Assembly: GCA_963664435.2 (NCBI GenBank)
Contig: CAXXKM010000001.1
Location: 1,088,001 to 1,152,000 of the forward strand
Direction: 5' to 3'
Length of the DNA: 64,000 bases
Source: Longimicrobiales bacterium
GTDB taxonomy: Bacteria > Gemmatimonadota > Gemmatimonadetes > Longimicrobiales > Gaopeijiaceae
Part shown: positions 16,199-26,228 of the stretch, in pieces
Layout of the letters: every line of letters begins with the position of its first letter
Position numbering within the stretch: position 1 is the stretch's first letter
The notes under the pieces: generated by a model
Told to the model about the DNA's origin: nothing
The model's database searches: none
Seen by the model: only the letters and a program-made list of their open reading frames with translations
Position numbers and translations under genes: made by a program

Positions 16199-17578
16199 CT
16201 ACACGTGCTGGACCCCTGCCCCTCCGCTGGGTTGCGCGGAGAACATCATGTCGCGGGTGGGTGGCCTGCCCAGGCGCGGCTGGTAGAATCGGGCGGTTAA
16301 CGCCTCCATGACGGGCGCTACGGTCGCCTCGTCACACAGCGCGACGGCGCAACCACCGAAGCCGGCGCCTGTGAGGCGCGCGCCCGCCGCACCCGCGTCG
16401 AGGGCCACCGTGACGATCGCGTCCAGCGCGCCCGTGCTCACCTCGTAGTCGTCGCGGAGGCTCTCGTGGGACCGCACCATGAGGTGGCCGAAGCGGCGTA
16501 GATCGCCGTCGCGCATGGCCCGCTCGGCGAGCGCCACCCGGCGGCCCTCCGTGACCACGTGGCGGAAGCGGCGGAGCAGCACGGGGGAGAGGGCGCGGCG
16601 GGCGTGGCTTGGCAGGCCGTCGGGGTCGTCCAGCGCGACCAGGTCCCGGAAGGTTGGGGGGCGTCCACCGGAGCGCTCGCCGTCCCTCCGCGACGGACCA
16701 CGCTCGCCCACATCCGCGTGCTCCGCCGTCTGGCCGCCGTGATCCGTCGCCGTCCGCCGGCGCGACCCGTCGTGGCCGAACGCCGCTCGGGGCGCCCCAC
16801 CATGCTCGGCCCCGGCCGCCGCTCCGACCCGACTGCCCACCAGCCTGAGCGCCTCCCGGCACTGCCGCGCGCGTTCGTTATATGCCTCGCGCGCGCCCGC
16901 GGACTTCTCGGCCCGCACCAGCGACGACGCCACCACCCACCGCCACCCGTCGGGCACGGGCACCGGAGTCACCCGCAGCGGGTCGAACTCGATGCGGAGG
17001 GCGTGTCCGTCGACCCCGTGAAGACACGCGGCCTGGTCCATCCCGCCCCCTTCGAGCCCCACGAAGCGCTCGGCGCGCGCCATCAGGGCGGCGAGTTCGA
17101 GGCGGGGCAGGGTCACCCCGCTCGCCTTCAGCAGCGCCAGCGCCGAGGCCACCACCAGAGCCGACGAGGACGACAGCCCCGACGCGACGGGGACATCGCC
17201 GGTCACCGTCCCCTCGATGCCTCGCTCCAGCGGCATCCCGTGCTCGAGCAGTCCCCGAGCCGCGGCCCGCACATAGTTTGACCAATCTCCCTGGTCCGCT
17301 GCCTCGATGGGACGTTTCAGCTGAAACGTGAACGGCGCGAAGCGGGGCGAAGGGCTGTCCAGGCGCACCACCGGATCGTCCACGACGCAGAAGTCCACGC
17401 GGACATCCCGGTCGATCGCGATGGGAAAGACCGGCAGGCCGTTGTAGTCGGTGTGCTCGCCGATCAGGTTGACGCGGCCGGGCGCGATGGCTTGCCAGCG
17501 TCTGCCGGTTGGCCGCCCGCCCGAAACGCCTTCGAGCGTCGGTCCGGAGCGCCTGCCTCCTCCATCGTCACCGCTCAA
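16199..17578 (-). CDS. galK: Galactokinase
   Basis: APGRVNLIGEHTDYN, GLSSSSA, GGGMDQ, GARLTGAGFGGC; probable TTG start overlapping the SSS stop. Confidence 0.92.
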   Translation of the reverse strand: MSGDDGGGRRSGPTLEGVSGGRPTGRRWQAIAPGRVNLIGEHTDYNGLPVFPIAIDRDVRVDFCVVDDPVVRLDSPSPRFAPFTFQLKRPIEAADQGDWSNYVRAAARGLLEHGMPLERGIEGTVTGDVPVASGLSSSSALVVASALALLKASGVTLPRLELAALMARAERFVGLEGGGMDQAACLHGVDGHALRIEFDPLRVTPVPVPDGWRWVVASSLVRAEKSAGAREAYNERARQCREALRLVGSRVGAAAGAEHGGAPRAAFGHDGSRRRTATDHGGQTAEHADVGERGPSRRDGERSGGRPPTFRDLVALDDPDGLPSHARRALSPVLLRRFRHVVTEGRRVALAERAMRDGDLRRFGHLMVRSHESLRDDYEVSTGALDAIVTVALDAGAAGARLTGAGFGGCAVALCDEATVAPVMEALTARFYQPRLGRPPTRDMMFSAQPSGGAGVQHV

Positions 17579-19346
17579 TCCGAAAAGCCCAACTTCGGCA
17601 GCAGCCGGAAGAGCCAGACCCCGGCCGCGGCCGAGATCGCGAGCGCGACCACCGCCGCCACAGCCTGCCCGTACAGCAGATACCCCGTCCCGAAGAGCGC
17701 CGCGTAGACCAGCACGCAGCCGAGGAACCAGGCGAGGAAGGCCGCGGTGATGGACTCGGCGCCGCGCGGCCCGTCGCCCACGTCGACGACCCGCCGCCAT
17801 CCCCTGCCCATCGGCCGGATCCTGTCGTAGAAGCGCTGCAGCGTCGCCGAATCGGCGGGCGAAGTGAGGAAGGTCACCCCGAGCCAGCCGACCGTCGTGA
17901 CCGCCACCCCGATGACGAGCTGCGTCCATGCCGGGAGGGGCGCGAATCCCAGCCCCGTGTGCATCCACGCGAAATAGACCGCCACCAGGAACGAGATGGT
18001 CATGCCGGCCAGCTCGCTCCACACGTTCACGCGGTACCAGAACCAGCGCAGCAGGAAGATGAGCCCCGTCCCGGCGCCGATCTGGAGGAGGATCTGGAAC
18101 CCCTGCCCCGCAGTGTCGAGCTGAAGCGCGATCAAGGCGCCCAGCACCATCAGCCCTACGGTCGACAGCCGCCCCATCGTCACGAGCTGCCGATCGCTCG
18201 CGGCCGGGTTCACGAACCGCCGGTAGAAGTCGCTCACCACGTACGACGAGCCCCAGTTGAGCTGGGTGCTGATGGTCGACATGTACGCTGCAGCCAGGGA
18301 GGCGACCACCAGGCCGAGCAGTCCTGCGGGCAGGAACACCAGCATGGCCGGATAGGCCAGGTCATTGCCCACCAGCCGGGGTCGAGGTCCGGGAAGCGGG
18401 CCTGGATGTCCGACAGCTCCGGGTACACGAGCATCGAGCACAGCGCCACGATGATCCACGGCCAGGGCCGGAGCCCGTAGTGCGCGATGTTGAACCACAG
18501 CGTGGCCTTCATCGACTCCTTTTCGTTCTTCGCCGCGAGCATGCGCTGGGCCACGTAGCCACCGCCCCCCGGCTCGGCCCCGGGATACCACGCGCTCCAC
18601 CACTGCACCGCGATCGGGATGATGAAGATCCCCGCGGCGACGCTCCAGTCGGAGAAGTCCGGGAAGAAGTTCCTCGCCGACTGCAGATCAGGGTGCGAGA
18701 CGAGCCCCGCGAGCCCCCCGACCTCGGGCTGGCGCAGCGCGAACACGGCGGCCGCAACCGAACCGATCATCGCCACGACGAAGAGCACGAGGTCCGTGAC
18801 GACGACGCCCCACAGCCCCGATGTCGCGGAGTAGATCATGGTCACGGTTCCCGCGATCAGGACCGTGGTCAGCGGATCCAGCCCCAGGAGCACGCCGCCG
18901 ATCTTGGTCGCCGCGAGGGTCACCGTCGCGATGATCATCACGTTGTAGAAGACGCCCAGATAGATGGCCCGAAAGCCCCGCAGGAACGCCGCCGCGCGCC
19001 CCGAATAGCGCAGCTCGTAGAACTCGATGTCGGTCAGCGCGCCCGAGCGCCGCCACAGGCGCGCGTAGAAGAAGACCGTGCACATGCCGGTGATCAGGAA
19101 GGCCCACCACGACCAGTTCTGCGCGACCCCGCCGCCGCGCACGAAGTCGGCGATCAGGTTGGGCGTGTCGGTCGAGAAGGTCGTCGCGACCATCGACGTG
19201 CCCAGCAGCCACCACGGCAGCTTCCGCCCCGAAAGGAAGAACTCGTCGGCCCCGGACCCCGCGCGCCGGGCGAAGCGGAGGCCGATGGCGAGGGCAGTGA
19301 GCCCGTACAGCGCGATGACGATCCAGTCGAGCGTGGTGAGTTGCAT
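17575..19346 (-). pseudogene. Sodium:solute symporter split by a 1-bp frameshift near 18378-18381 (may be a sequencing error)
   Basis: ORFs 18234-19346 and 17575-18603 form the N and C halves; one extra C in the run joins them as DPRLVGNDLAYP. Confidence 0.8.
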
Positions 19347-19352
19347 TCGGCT

Positions 19353-20378
19353 TCACTCGCGGGAGAAAGGAGATGGCCGGGCGTCCCGGAGGGGTGACCG
19401 CGCCTCCCCGAGGGTCGGCCGGGCGTCGCCGAGGGTTGGCCGGGCGTCCCATAGGCGCATCGGATAGACCCCCGAGTCTACCAGCGCCCGCAGCGATCGG
19501 GCCACTCCCGCGTGATCGCCGGGGAACGTGACGCCGAGCCACGGCTCCCGGGTGGGCAGGACGGTGCAGCGCGCGCGGTCCGCCGCGATGAGGTCGTTCA
19601 CGGCCTCCGAGAGGTAGAACTCGCGGTCGAGCCCCGGTCCCGACGCGAGGAACGCGGCAAACAGTTCGCGCAGGGGCGCAAGGATGTCCGGCTGGAACCC
19701 CCAGAGGTTGGTGCAGACAGGGGCGTGCAGGGGCACCTCGAGCCGGCGGCCGGCCACGTCGCGGCCCGCGGCGCGGTCGCCTTCGCGGCGGAGTTCCAGC
19801 CCCTCGGTCAGCCGCTGGAGCGCGCCCGATTCGTCGACCTCGCAGAGGCCGCGGGAGACGCCCCCGCTCTCCGACAGGGTGCCCCCGAGGGGGTATCCGA
19901 TGGTGAAGGTCTGGATCGGTTTGGGCCGCGCACCGCGCACCGCCCACCCATCCGCCTGCTGGTCCACGGCGATGCCGAGCGTCGCGTACGCCCCCCGCCC
20001 ATAGAAGTCGTCCGCGTTGCACACCGCGAAGGGGCCGTCGACCAGTTCGCCCGCGGTCAGGACTGCAAAGCCCGTGCCCCAGGGGCGGGTTCGTCCGGGT
20101 GGGGGAGCATCCACGAGTCCTGGATGGGCCATCCCCTGGTACGCGTAGCGGATGTCGCGGTGGGCTGCCGCATCGCGCAGATGCGCGTCGAAGTCGGGGC
20201 GAAGCGGCTCCTGGATGACGAGCAGGAGGCGCTTGAACCCGGCGAGCGCGGCATCGTAGAGGGCGTAGTCGAGGAGGGCCTCCCCGCCCGGGCCGATGGG
20301 CGCGAGCTGCTTGAGGCGGCCGAACCGCGTGGAACGGCCGGCCGCGAGGATGACGAGGGTGAGGGCTGGGCAAGACAT
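19353..20378 (-). CDS. Sugar nucleotidyltransferase
   Basis: LVILAAGRSTRFGRLKQL, PWGTG, VCNADDFYG. Confidence 0.88.
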   Translation of the reverse strand: MSCPALTLVILAAGRSTRFGRLKQLAPIGPGGEALLDYALYDAALAGFKRLLLVIQEPLRPDFDAHLRDAAAHRDIRYAYQGMAHPGLVDAPPPGRTRPWGTGFAVLTAGELVDGPFAVCNADDFYGRGAYATLGIAVDQQADGWAVRGARPKPIQTFTIGYPLGGTLSESGGVSRGLCEVDESGALQRLTEGLELRREGDRAAGRDVAGRRLEVPLHAPVCTNLWGFQPDILAPLRELFAAFLASGPGLDREFYLSEAVNDLIAADRARCTVLPTREPWLGVTFPGDHAGVARSLRALVDSGVYPMRLWDARPTLGDARPTLGEARSPLRDARPSPFSRE

Positions 20379-20417
20379 GTTACCGTATACGACACCGAAG
20401 TCGACCACCGCGACAGG

Positions 20418-20447
20418 GGGAGTTCCGGACACGGGAGTTCCGGACAC
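20418..20447. repeat. 15-bp tandem repeat x2 in a divergent promoter region
   Basis: (GGGAGTTCCGGACAC)2. Confidence 0.8.
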
Positions 20448-20492
20448 GATGACTGTCCGGGAGCGCGCCTGCCAACACCGGAGTTTCCCGCA

Positions 20493-21455
20493 GTGAGCCA
20501 AAAGGTCCTGATCACCGGCGGCGCCGGCTTTGTCGGCGGCCACGTCGTCGACGCCCACATCGCGCGGGGCGACCGGGTGTGGGTCATCGACGACCTCTCA
20601 TCGGGACGGCCCGCAAACGTTCCCTCCGGCGCCGAACTCGTCGAGATGGACCTCGCCGATCCGCGCGCCAGGGAACTGATCCTCGACGTCGACTTCGACC
20701 TGATCAACCACCACGCGGCGCAGATCGACGTGCGCGGCTCGGTGGCCGACCCGATCGCCGACGCCCGGGTGAACATCGCGGGCCTCCTCAACATCCTCGA
20801 GGCGGCGCGCGACGCCGGGACCGGGCGGGTGGTGTTCGTGTCCAGTGGAGGCGTGGTCTACGGAGAGCCCGAGGTATATCCCACGCCCGAGGATGCCCCC
20901 AAGCGCCCGGTCTCCCCTTACGGGGTGTCGAAGCTCGCGGGCGAGTACTACCTCGACTACTACCGCGCGGTGCACGGACTCGACTACGTGACGCTCAGGT
21001 ACAGCAACGTCTACGGCCCCGGGCAGGATCCCCATGGAGAGGCGGGCGTCGTGGCCATCTTCTGCAATCGTTTGATCGACGGCGAACCTCTGGACATCTA
21101 CGGCGACGGCGGGCAGGCGAGAGACTACGTCTACGTGGAGGACGTGGCCGCGGCCAACCTCATCGCCGCCGACATGCCGCTCAAGAACGACGCCGGAATC
21201 GACGCGAGAGCCTTCAACGTGTGCACCGGAGAAGCGACGAGCGTGAACACGCTGGCGACCCTCCTGGAAGAGATCGCGGGCGCCCGGCCGGGCCGCGTCC
21301 ACAGAGACACCCGTGCCGGCGAGGTTCGCCAGAGCGTGCTCTCGACCGCGCGGATCCGCGCGATGGGCTGGTCACCGGCGCATACCCTGCGCGAGGGGCT
21401 GGCCCGCACGTTCAGGCACATCGCTTCCGAGAGGGCGGCGGGTCGTTCCGCGTGA
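20493..21455 (+). CDS. galE: NAD-dependent epimerase, UDP-glucose 4-epimerase-like
   Basis: TGGAGFVG, YGVSK, RYSNVYGP. Confidence 0.8.
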   Translation: MSQKVLITGGAGFVGGHVVDAHIARGDRVWVIDDLSSGRPANVPSGAELVEMDLADPRARELILDVDFDLINHHAAQIDVRGSVADPIADARVNIAGLLNILEAARDAGTGRVVFVSSGGVVYGEPEVYPTPEDAPKRPVSPYGVSKLAGEYYLDYYRAVHGLDYVTLRYSNVYGPGQDPHGEAGVVAIFCNRLIDGEPLDIYGDGGQARDYVYVEDVAAANLIAADMPLKNDAGIDARAFNVCTGEATSVNTLATLLEEIAGARPGRVHRDTRAGEVRQSVLSTARIRAMGWSPAHTLREGLARTFRHIASERAAGRSA

Positions 21456-21591
21456 TCATCGCGGGGTTCCGCCGCTACTCACAGCGTGCCGTCTGATCTC
21501 CCGAGGGTGCAAATGACCCACGAGGTGGGTGATTATCACCCATCAGGTGGTTGGCTCCGGTCCAGCGCGCGAGGCCGTCTCGTCTGCTCGA

Positions 21592-21621
21592 AACCCGAGC
21601 CTCCAGACCACCATCTGCGGG
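21592..21621. repeat. 30-bp direct repeat (copy 2 at 22289-22318) flanking hicAB
   Basis: AACCCGAGCCTCCAGACCACCATCTGCGGG identical at both sites. Confidence 0.9.
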
Positions 21622-21679
21622 CCAGTTCGGGTCGGTCTCTCCCCTTGACCTCGCTGCGGCGTGTGCATATATGTGCACC

Positions 21680-21874
21680 GTGGAGACACAAACCGGCAAG
21701 ATCAAGCGGCGGCTGGAAAAGGACGGGTGGTACCTCGTCCGGCATGGTTCCAGCCACGAAATTTACCGGCACCAGGATATCCGGGGGATCATTACGCTGC
21801 CCCGGCACAGGACGCTATCCCCCGGCGTGGCCCGGTCCATCGCCAGGAAAGCGCAGTGGCCAGATGACGAATAG
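21680..21874 (+). CDS. hicA: HicA toxin
   Basis: LEKDGWYLVRHGSSHEIYRH...LPRH. Confidence 0.85.
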   Translation: METQTGKIKRRLEKDGWYLVRHGSSHEIYRHQDIRGIITLPRHRTLSPGVARSIARKAQWPDDE

Positions 21875-21884
21875 GGAGAAGATC

Positions 21885-22271
21885 ATGCTTCGGTATCCAG
21901 CCCTGATCGATGGAGAAAACGGCGCTTACGGCGTCAGCTTCCCGGATCTTCCCGGTGTCGTGGCGATGGGAGAGACTGTGGATCAGGCTCTGGTCAACGC
22001 CGAGGACGCGCTGCGCGACTACGCCATCGAGACGGAGAAGGATGGTCAGGCCCGAATCGCCCCCAGCGCCCTCGAGGACGTGACGCCCCCGAGGGGGAGC
22101 ACGCTCGTGTCCGTTCCGCTGATCCATCTCTCCGGTCGCAGCATCCGCGCCAACATGATGCTTGACGAGGGCGTCATTGGCTTCATCGACAGCGAGGCGA
22201 GGCGGCGGGGGATGACGCGCACGTCCTACGTGGAGTGGATGACGCGCCGCATCGCCCAGGCGGGAGGGTGA
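21885..22271 (+). CDS. hicB: HicB antitoxin
   Basis: YPALIDG..YGVSFPDLPGVVAMGET; RHH C-terminus. Confidence 0.88.
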   Translation: MLRYPALIDGENGAYGVSFPDLPGVVAMGETVDQALVNAEDALRDYAIETEKDGQARIAPSALEDVTPPRGSTLVSVPLIHLSGRSIRANMMLDEGVIGFIDSEARRRGMTRTSYVEWMTRRIAQAGG

Positions 22272-22272
22272 C

Positions 22273-23439
22273 CTACCTCATCGCGTCGAACCCGAGCCTC
22301 CAGACCACCATCTGCGGGTAGTACTGCTCGTTCTCCACGGTCTCGATGACCAGCCCGTCACCGATGAAGGCCTCAAGCAGCGAATCGTGACGGCGGGTTG
22401 CGATGAACGAGCCGCTGGCGAGATCGATCAGGTCGATGCGCATCTGGAAGATCTCACGGAAGTCATCGTCGATTGGGGCATAAGCTACCCGGCCATTGGG
22501 CATGCGCCGCAGCTCCATGTGATCCTGCCAGTCGTCCTTGCGAGCAGAACTGATCACCCAGAGTCGCTGTTCGTCGTCGACCTGCATCGCGTACATCCGG
22601 TTCCGCGGAGGGTTGTCGGGAGACCAGGGTTCGCGTGACGCTTCCCTCTCGTTCAACCTCGGTCCGCTGAGCCCGAGGATCCTGCGGCCGCTCTCGCTCC
22701 ATACCTGAATGAGATAGTCGTCGGAGCGAGCGCTGTAGATCCGCCTCCGCCGGTCGACCGCCAATACCCGAGGTGCGAAGCCCGGTGCGTCAAGGCCCTC
22801 CATCCGGTCGAAGGAATGGAGCATGTCAGGTGCATCGACGATGTGGAGAGGCATGCCCACCAACCCGGCTCTCGTCGTGCCCATGTTCAGCAGGTACCTC
22901 CCATCTTCCCCGAGCGGGACTGCGAGATGGCTGTACCCCGGGTAGATGGACCTGTCCGAGTGGAATGAGAAGTCGGGATTCACAACGGTCTCTCGTCCGA
23001 TATCGAGGTCGACGATGTGTACCCGCCCCTCGCTGTCGGTGCGGACCGGAGCCGGCCGCTGGAACTCCATGGGTCCGTCCCCCCTTCGGCCGACCTGCCT
23101 CAGGAAACTCCCCTCAGCGTCCCAGACCTTCACCACGCTCTCCTGCTGCTGGCCGACCCAGTAGTTGCCAGCACCATCGAGCGTCGCGTACCTCGACCAG
23201 CTGATGTACCCCGGGCCCGCGGTGTCGCCCAGAGCTACGACGCGCTCTACGGTGATGCAGCTTGAGCACGTGGCCGAGTTCTCGAGGATGTCGACGGTGG
23301 CGGTGCTGTCCTGCAGCGTGTTGAGATCCCGCGGGGCGTCGGGCGCGCCGCAGGCGGATAGCCAACCGGTTAGAGCAGCAGCGATTGGCAGTGGAGCAAC
23401 AGCGAAGGGCAACGATGCCCTGGTGGACGTTCCGAACAC
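22273..23439 (-). CDS. Beta-propeller lipoprotein; start uncertain
   Basis: Lipobox LSAC; VGRRGDGPMEF; VDDEQRLWV. Confidence 0.75.
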   Translation of the reverse strand: MFGTSTRASLPFAVAPLPIAAALTGWLSACGAPDAPRDLNTLQDSTATVDILENSATCSSCITVERVVALGDTAGPGYISWSRYATLDGAGNYWVGQQQESVVKVWDAEGSFLRQVGRRGDGPMEFQRPAPVRTDSEGRVHIVDLDIGRETVVNPDFSFHSDRSIYPGYSHLAVPLGEDGRYLLNMGTTRAGLVGMPLHIVDAPDMLHSFDRMEGLDAPGFAPRVLAVDRRRRIYSARSDDYLIQVWSESGRRILGLSGPRLNEREASREPWSPDNPPRNRMYAMQVDDEQRLWVISSARKDDWQDHMELRRMPNGRVAYAPIDDDFREIFQMRIDLIDLASGSFIATRRHDSLLEAFIGDGLVIETVENEQYYPQMVVWRLGFDAMR

Positions 23440-23546
23440 TCGATCCACCCCCTGCGGCGGGCCGCCCGATCGAGCGGGCAGCGAGATACTTCCCCCTTCA
23501 GCTACCGGTCTTACCCTGTTTGGCGCAAAATGCTCTCTGGTGCGTC

Positions 23547-24128
23547 TCAGCCAGTCCCGTCCCGAGCATCGCCACTCGCCTTCTCCACGTTCTCCGCGTA
23601 CGTCAAGGACTTCTCCAGCGCGGGATTCTTGTTGTAGGCCTCGGACTGGCCCGGCGGAATGCTCAGATACTGCCAGTCCGCTCCGCGGAAGGACTTGGCC
23701 AGGTACACGATCTGTCCCACGTGGGAGGCGGCGTGGGCGAGGGAACGGAGCAGCGCTTCGTCTACACGATGAGGTACGCGGCGGATGGTCACTTCGGAGG
23801 TCAGATCGTCGTCGGTGAGTTCCCGGAGGGTGTCGAAGAGGATGCCCCAGCCACGATCCCACTTCGCTGTGACTTCCGAAGGCGACACGTCGCGGGCCTC
23901 GAACTCCGACTCCCGGTCGCGCCACGGCTTCTCTCCGTCCGTGGTCAGGAAGTCGGTGAAGCGCGACTCCAGGTTGCCGGCGACGTGCCAGACGATGGTC
24001 GCGATCGAGCTCGCGTGCTCAGAACCGGCCGTGAGTTGTTCGCCATCCAGCTGGCCGAACGCGCGTTCCCCGAGGATCTTGTAGCGTCGGTATTCGGCTT
24101 CGATCAGGGCCACGACTGTGCGGCTCAT
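23547..24128 (-). CDS. DinB/DUF1572-family protein
   Basis: HVAGNLESRFTDFLTTDGEKPWRDRESEF; HVGQIVY. Confidence 0.85.
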   Translation of the reverse strand: MSRTVVALIEAEYRRYKILGERAFGQLDGEQLTAGSEHASSIATIVWHVAGNLESRFTDFLTTDGEKPWRDRESEFEARDVSPSEVTAKWDRGWGILFDTLRELTDDDLTSEVTIRRVPHRVDEALLRSLAHAASHVGQIVYLAKSFRGADWQYLSIPPGQSEAYNKNPALEKSLTYAENVEKASGDARDGTG

Positions 24129-24194
24129 GCTGTCATTCCGTGTGTTAATGTTGCGATAATGCGATCAGCCCGAGCCGTCTGCGGATGATGCCCT

Positions 24195-25493
24195 TCAGCT
24201 CGCCTCCGGTGGCCTCCTCAGCACCCCCGCAAACAGGATCGCGCCCGACTCTCGCGCGCGGATCACGTAGGCGAACGGCCGGTTCGCGATCACTGATGGA
24301 GGAAGGCTCGTGACCCCGATCCCCACGGACGTTGTGGCGGCTCCCTCCGCCCCTTCTTCGGCCACCTCGATAAACGTCTTCTGCTTGACTTCGGAAATGT
24401 AGAGCGGAGGAGAAGACCCGGAGATGCCTGTGAAGTCGGCGATGTTCGGGGTGAAGGCGTCCGTCATGCCGAGCGACTGCAGAATCTCCTTCAGATTCCT
24501 CTCATACTCCACCCGGAACCGGGGAAGCACGACCCTCACCTTCCTCTCGTTCAGCGTGTCGAGCAGGCCCTGCCAGCGCTTCGCATCCATCGACGCGATC
24601 TCCGCATCGATGCTGGTGTTCGTGCCGGGAACCAGCACCATCATCGAGAAGGCTCCTTCCCCGAACGGCAGCTCGACGATCTGAAGGCCCTCGTCCCCGC
24701 CATGGGGGAACTCGGCGGTCTGGTCCATCATGGGCATCGACTGCGACTCGCCCTCGGCGATGTGGAAGGGAGCAACCTGGGTCTTTTCCGGATCGAATGC
24801 GTACGTCCAGGGGCCCTTGAAGTAGGTGGCGTTGATGAGAAAGAGCATCGTCAGAGCGTCGATGGGGGATTCGATGATCTCTTCGATGCGTCCGTTGGTC
24901 CCGTCAGAGACCCATTGATTGATGATATCGGCGGCGGCGGGACTCGAGAAGTCGAGCCCTGCGAACTCCGCGTCGAAGAAGGCCCGGAGCGTGTTCAGGA
25001 AGCCCTGGTCGACGGGGAATCCGTCGCGACGCCAGGCCGAGTTGGCGATCTGCATGCTCACGGAGGAATCCGCTGCCGGCAGCTGGGTCATCAGGCCGTG
25101 ATAGCCCAGGTTGATCGTGTCCAGCGGGGCATCCTCGAATCCGAGAGTGGCCTGGATCTGACTGTACGTCGCGCCCCGGGCTCCGTTGAGCGCCATGCCA
25201 AGCGCCATCGAGGCGCTGAGTGGCGAGACGAGGACATTCTCTTCCGGATCGGCCGCCATCATGGCGGGAAGCAGACTCCAGGCGAAGGCGTTGCTCTTCT
25301 CGAGGACTGCCGCCTCGGCGGAGGCCGAGCGCGGGGGGACGGCGATCGAGTCGGCCGGTGGCGGGTCCGGAGGTTCGGCAGGTTCCGGCACGATCGGCTC
25401 GGCGGGATCGCCCGAGCAGGCCAGCGCGGCAAGTACCGCCGGCATCCACAGAGCAGCAAGAACGCGGAGAGCCGGCGCGATCCGGACCGTCAC
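24195..25493 (-). CDS. Serpin lipoprotein; start uncertain
   Basis: NVLVSPLS, LINATYFKGPW, EEGAEGAATT hinge, ANRPF; lipobox ALAC. Confidence 0.92.
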   Translation of the reverse strand: MTVRIAPALRVLAALWMPAVLAALACSGDPAEPIVPEPAEPPDPPPADSIAVPPRSASAEAAVLEKSNAFAWSLLPAMMAADPEENVLVSPLSASMALGMALNGARGATYSQIQATLGFEDAPLDTINLGYHGLMTQLPAADSSVSMQIANSAWRRDGFPVDQGFLNTLRAFFDAEFAGLDFSSPAAADIINQWVSDGTNGRIEEIIESPIDALTMLFLINATYFKGPWTYAFDPEKTQVAPFHIAEGESQSMPMMDQTAEFPHGGDEGLQIVELPFGEGAFSMMVLVPGTNTSIDAEIASMDAKRWQGLLDTLNERKVRVVLPRFRVEYERNLKEILQSLGMTDAFTPNIADFTGISGSSPPLYISEVKQKTFIEVAEEGAEGAATTSVGIGVTSLPPSVIANRPFAYVIRARESGAILFAGVLRRPPEAS

Positions 25494-25739
25494 GATCCGA
25501 AGAACGCGTGGGCTGTGTCCGGCGTTGCCAGCTCTCATCAGCCGGCCCGAAGGGGAGGGACGCTTCAACATCAACTCGCTCATGGTGAAAAGTAGCACTG
25601 TCCTCGGGGAACCGGCGGCATCTCGGGGATCCGGGGAAAGCCCCGCAGCACTAGGCAGAACACCGACCGAACCCCAATATCTTTCCTGTCATCCTGCCTC
25701 CAGGCCTCAACGGCCTGACCCAACCCCTGCGGACTCCTC

Positions 25740-26132
25740 ATGCAACTCGGCGCATTCTCCATCAGCCTTTCCGTCCAGGACCTCGAAGCCTCGAAATCCT
25801 TCTACGAAAAGCTCGGCTTCAAGCAGACCGGCGGGGACGGCACGGGATACCTGATCATGGTCAACGACACCACGATCATCGGCCTCTTCCACGGGATGTT
25901 CGAGGGCAACATCCTCACCTTCAATCCCGGGCTCGCCCAGGACATGTCGCGGCCGGAGATCTTCACGGACGTGAGGGAAATCCGGGCGTCGCTGTTGGCG
26001 GACGGCGTGGAGATGTCGACCGATACGGACCCGGATGGCAACGGCCCCGCGCACATCGTGGTGGTGGATCCGGACGGGAACCCGGTGCTGATCGATCAGT
26101 TCTTCCCGAGACCGGGGAGCGAGGGCGCCTAG
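25740..26132 (+). CDS. VOC/glyoxalase-family protein
   Basis: [29 protein letters not shown]. Confidence 0.88.
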   Translation: MQLGAFSISLSVQDLEASKSFYEKLGFKQTGGDGTGYLIMVNDTTIIGLFHGMFEGNILTFNPGLAQDMSRPEIFTDVREIRASLLADGVEMSTDTDPDGNGPAHIVVVDPDGNPVLIDQFFPRPGSEGA

Positions 26133-26228
26133 GCGACGCCTCCGTTGCCTCCCCGCCGGGGCGCCGTCTATCCTTCGGCCGCCGGAGTCCAGGCCCGGCC
26201 GCCCATTCCAACGCCCCGGAGCAGCACC

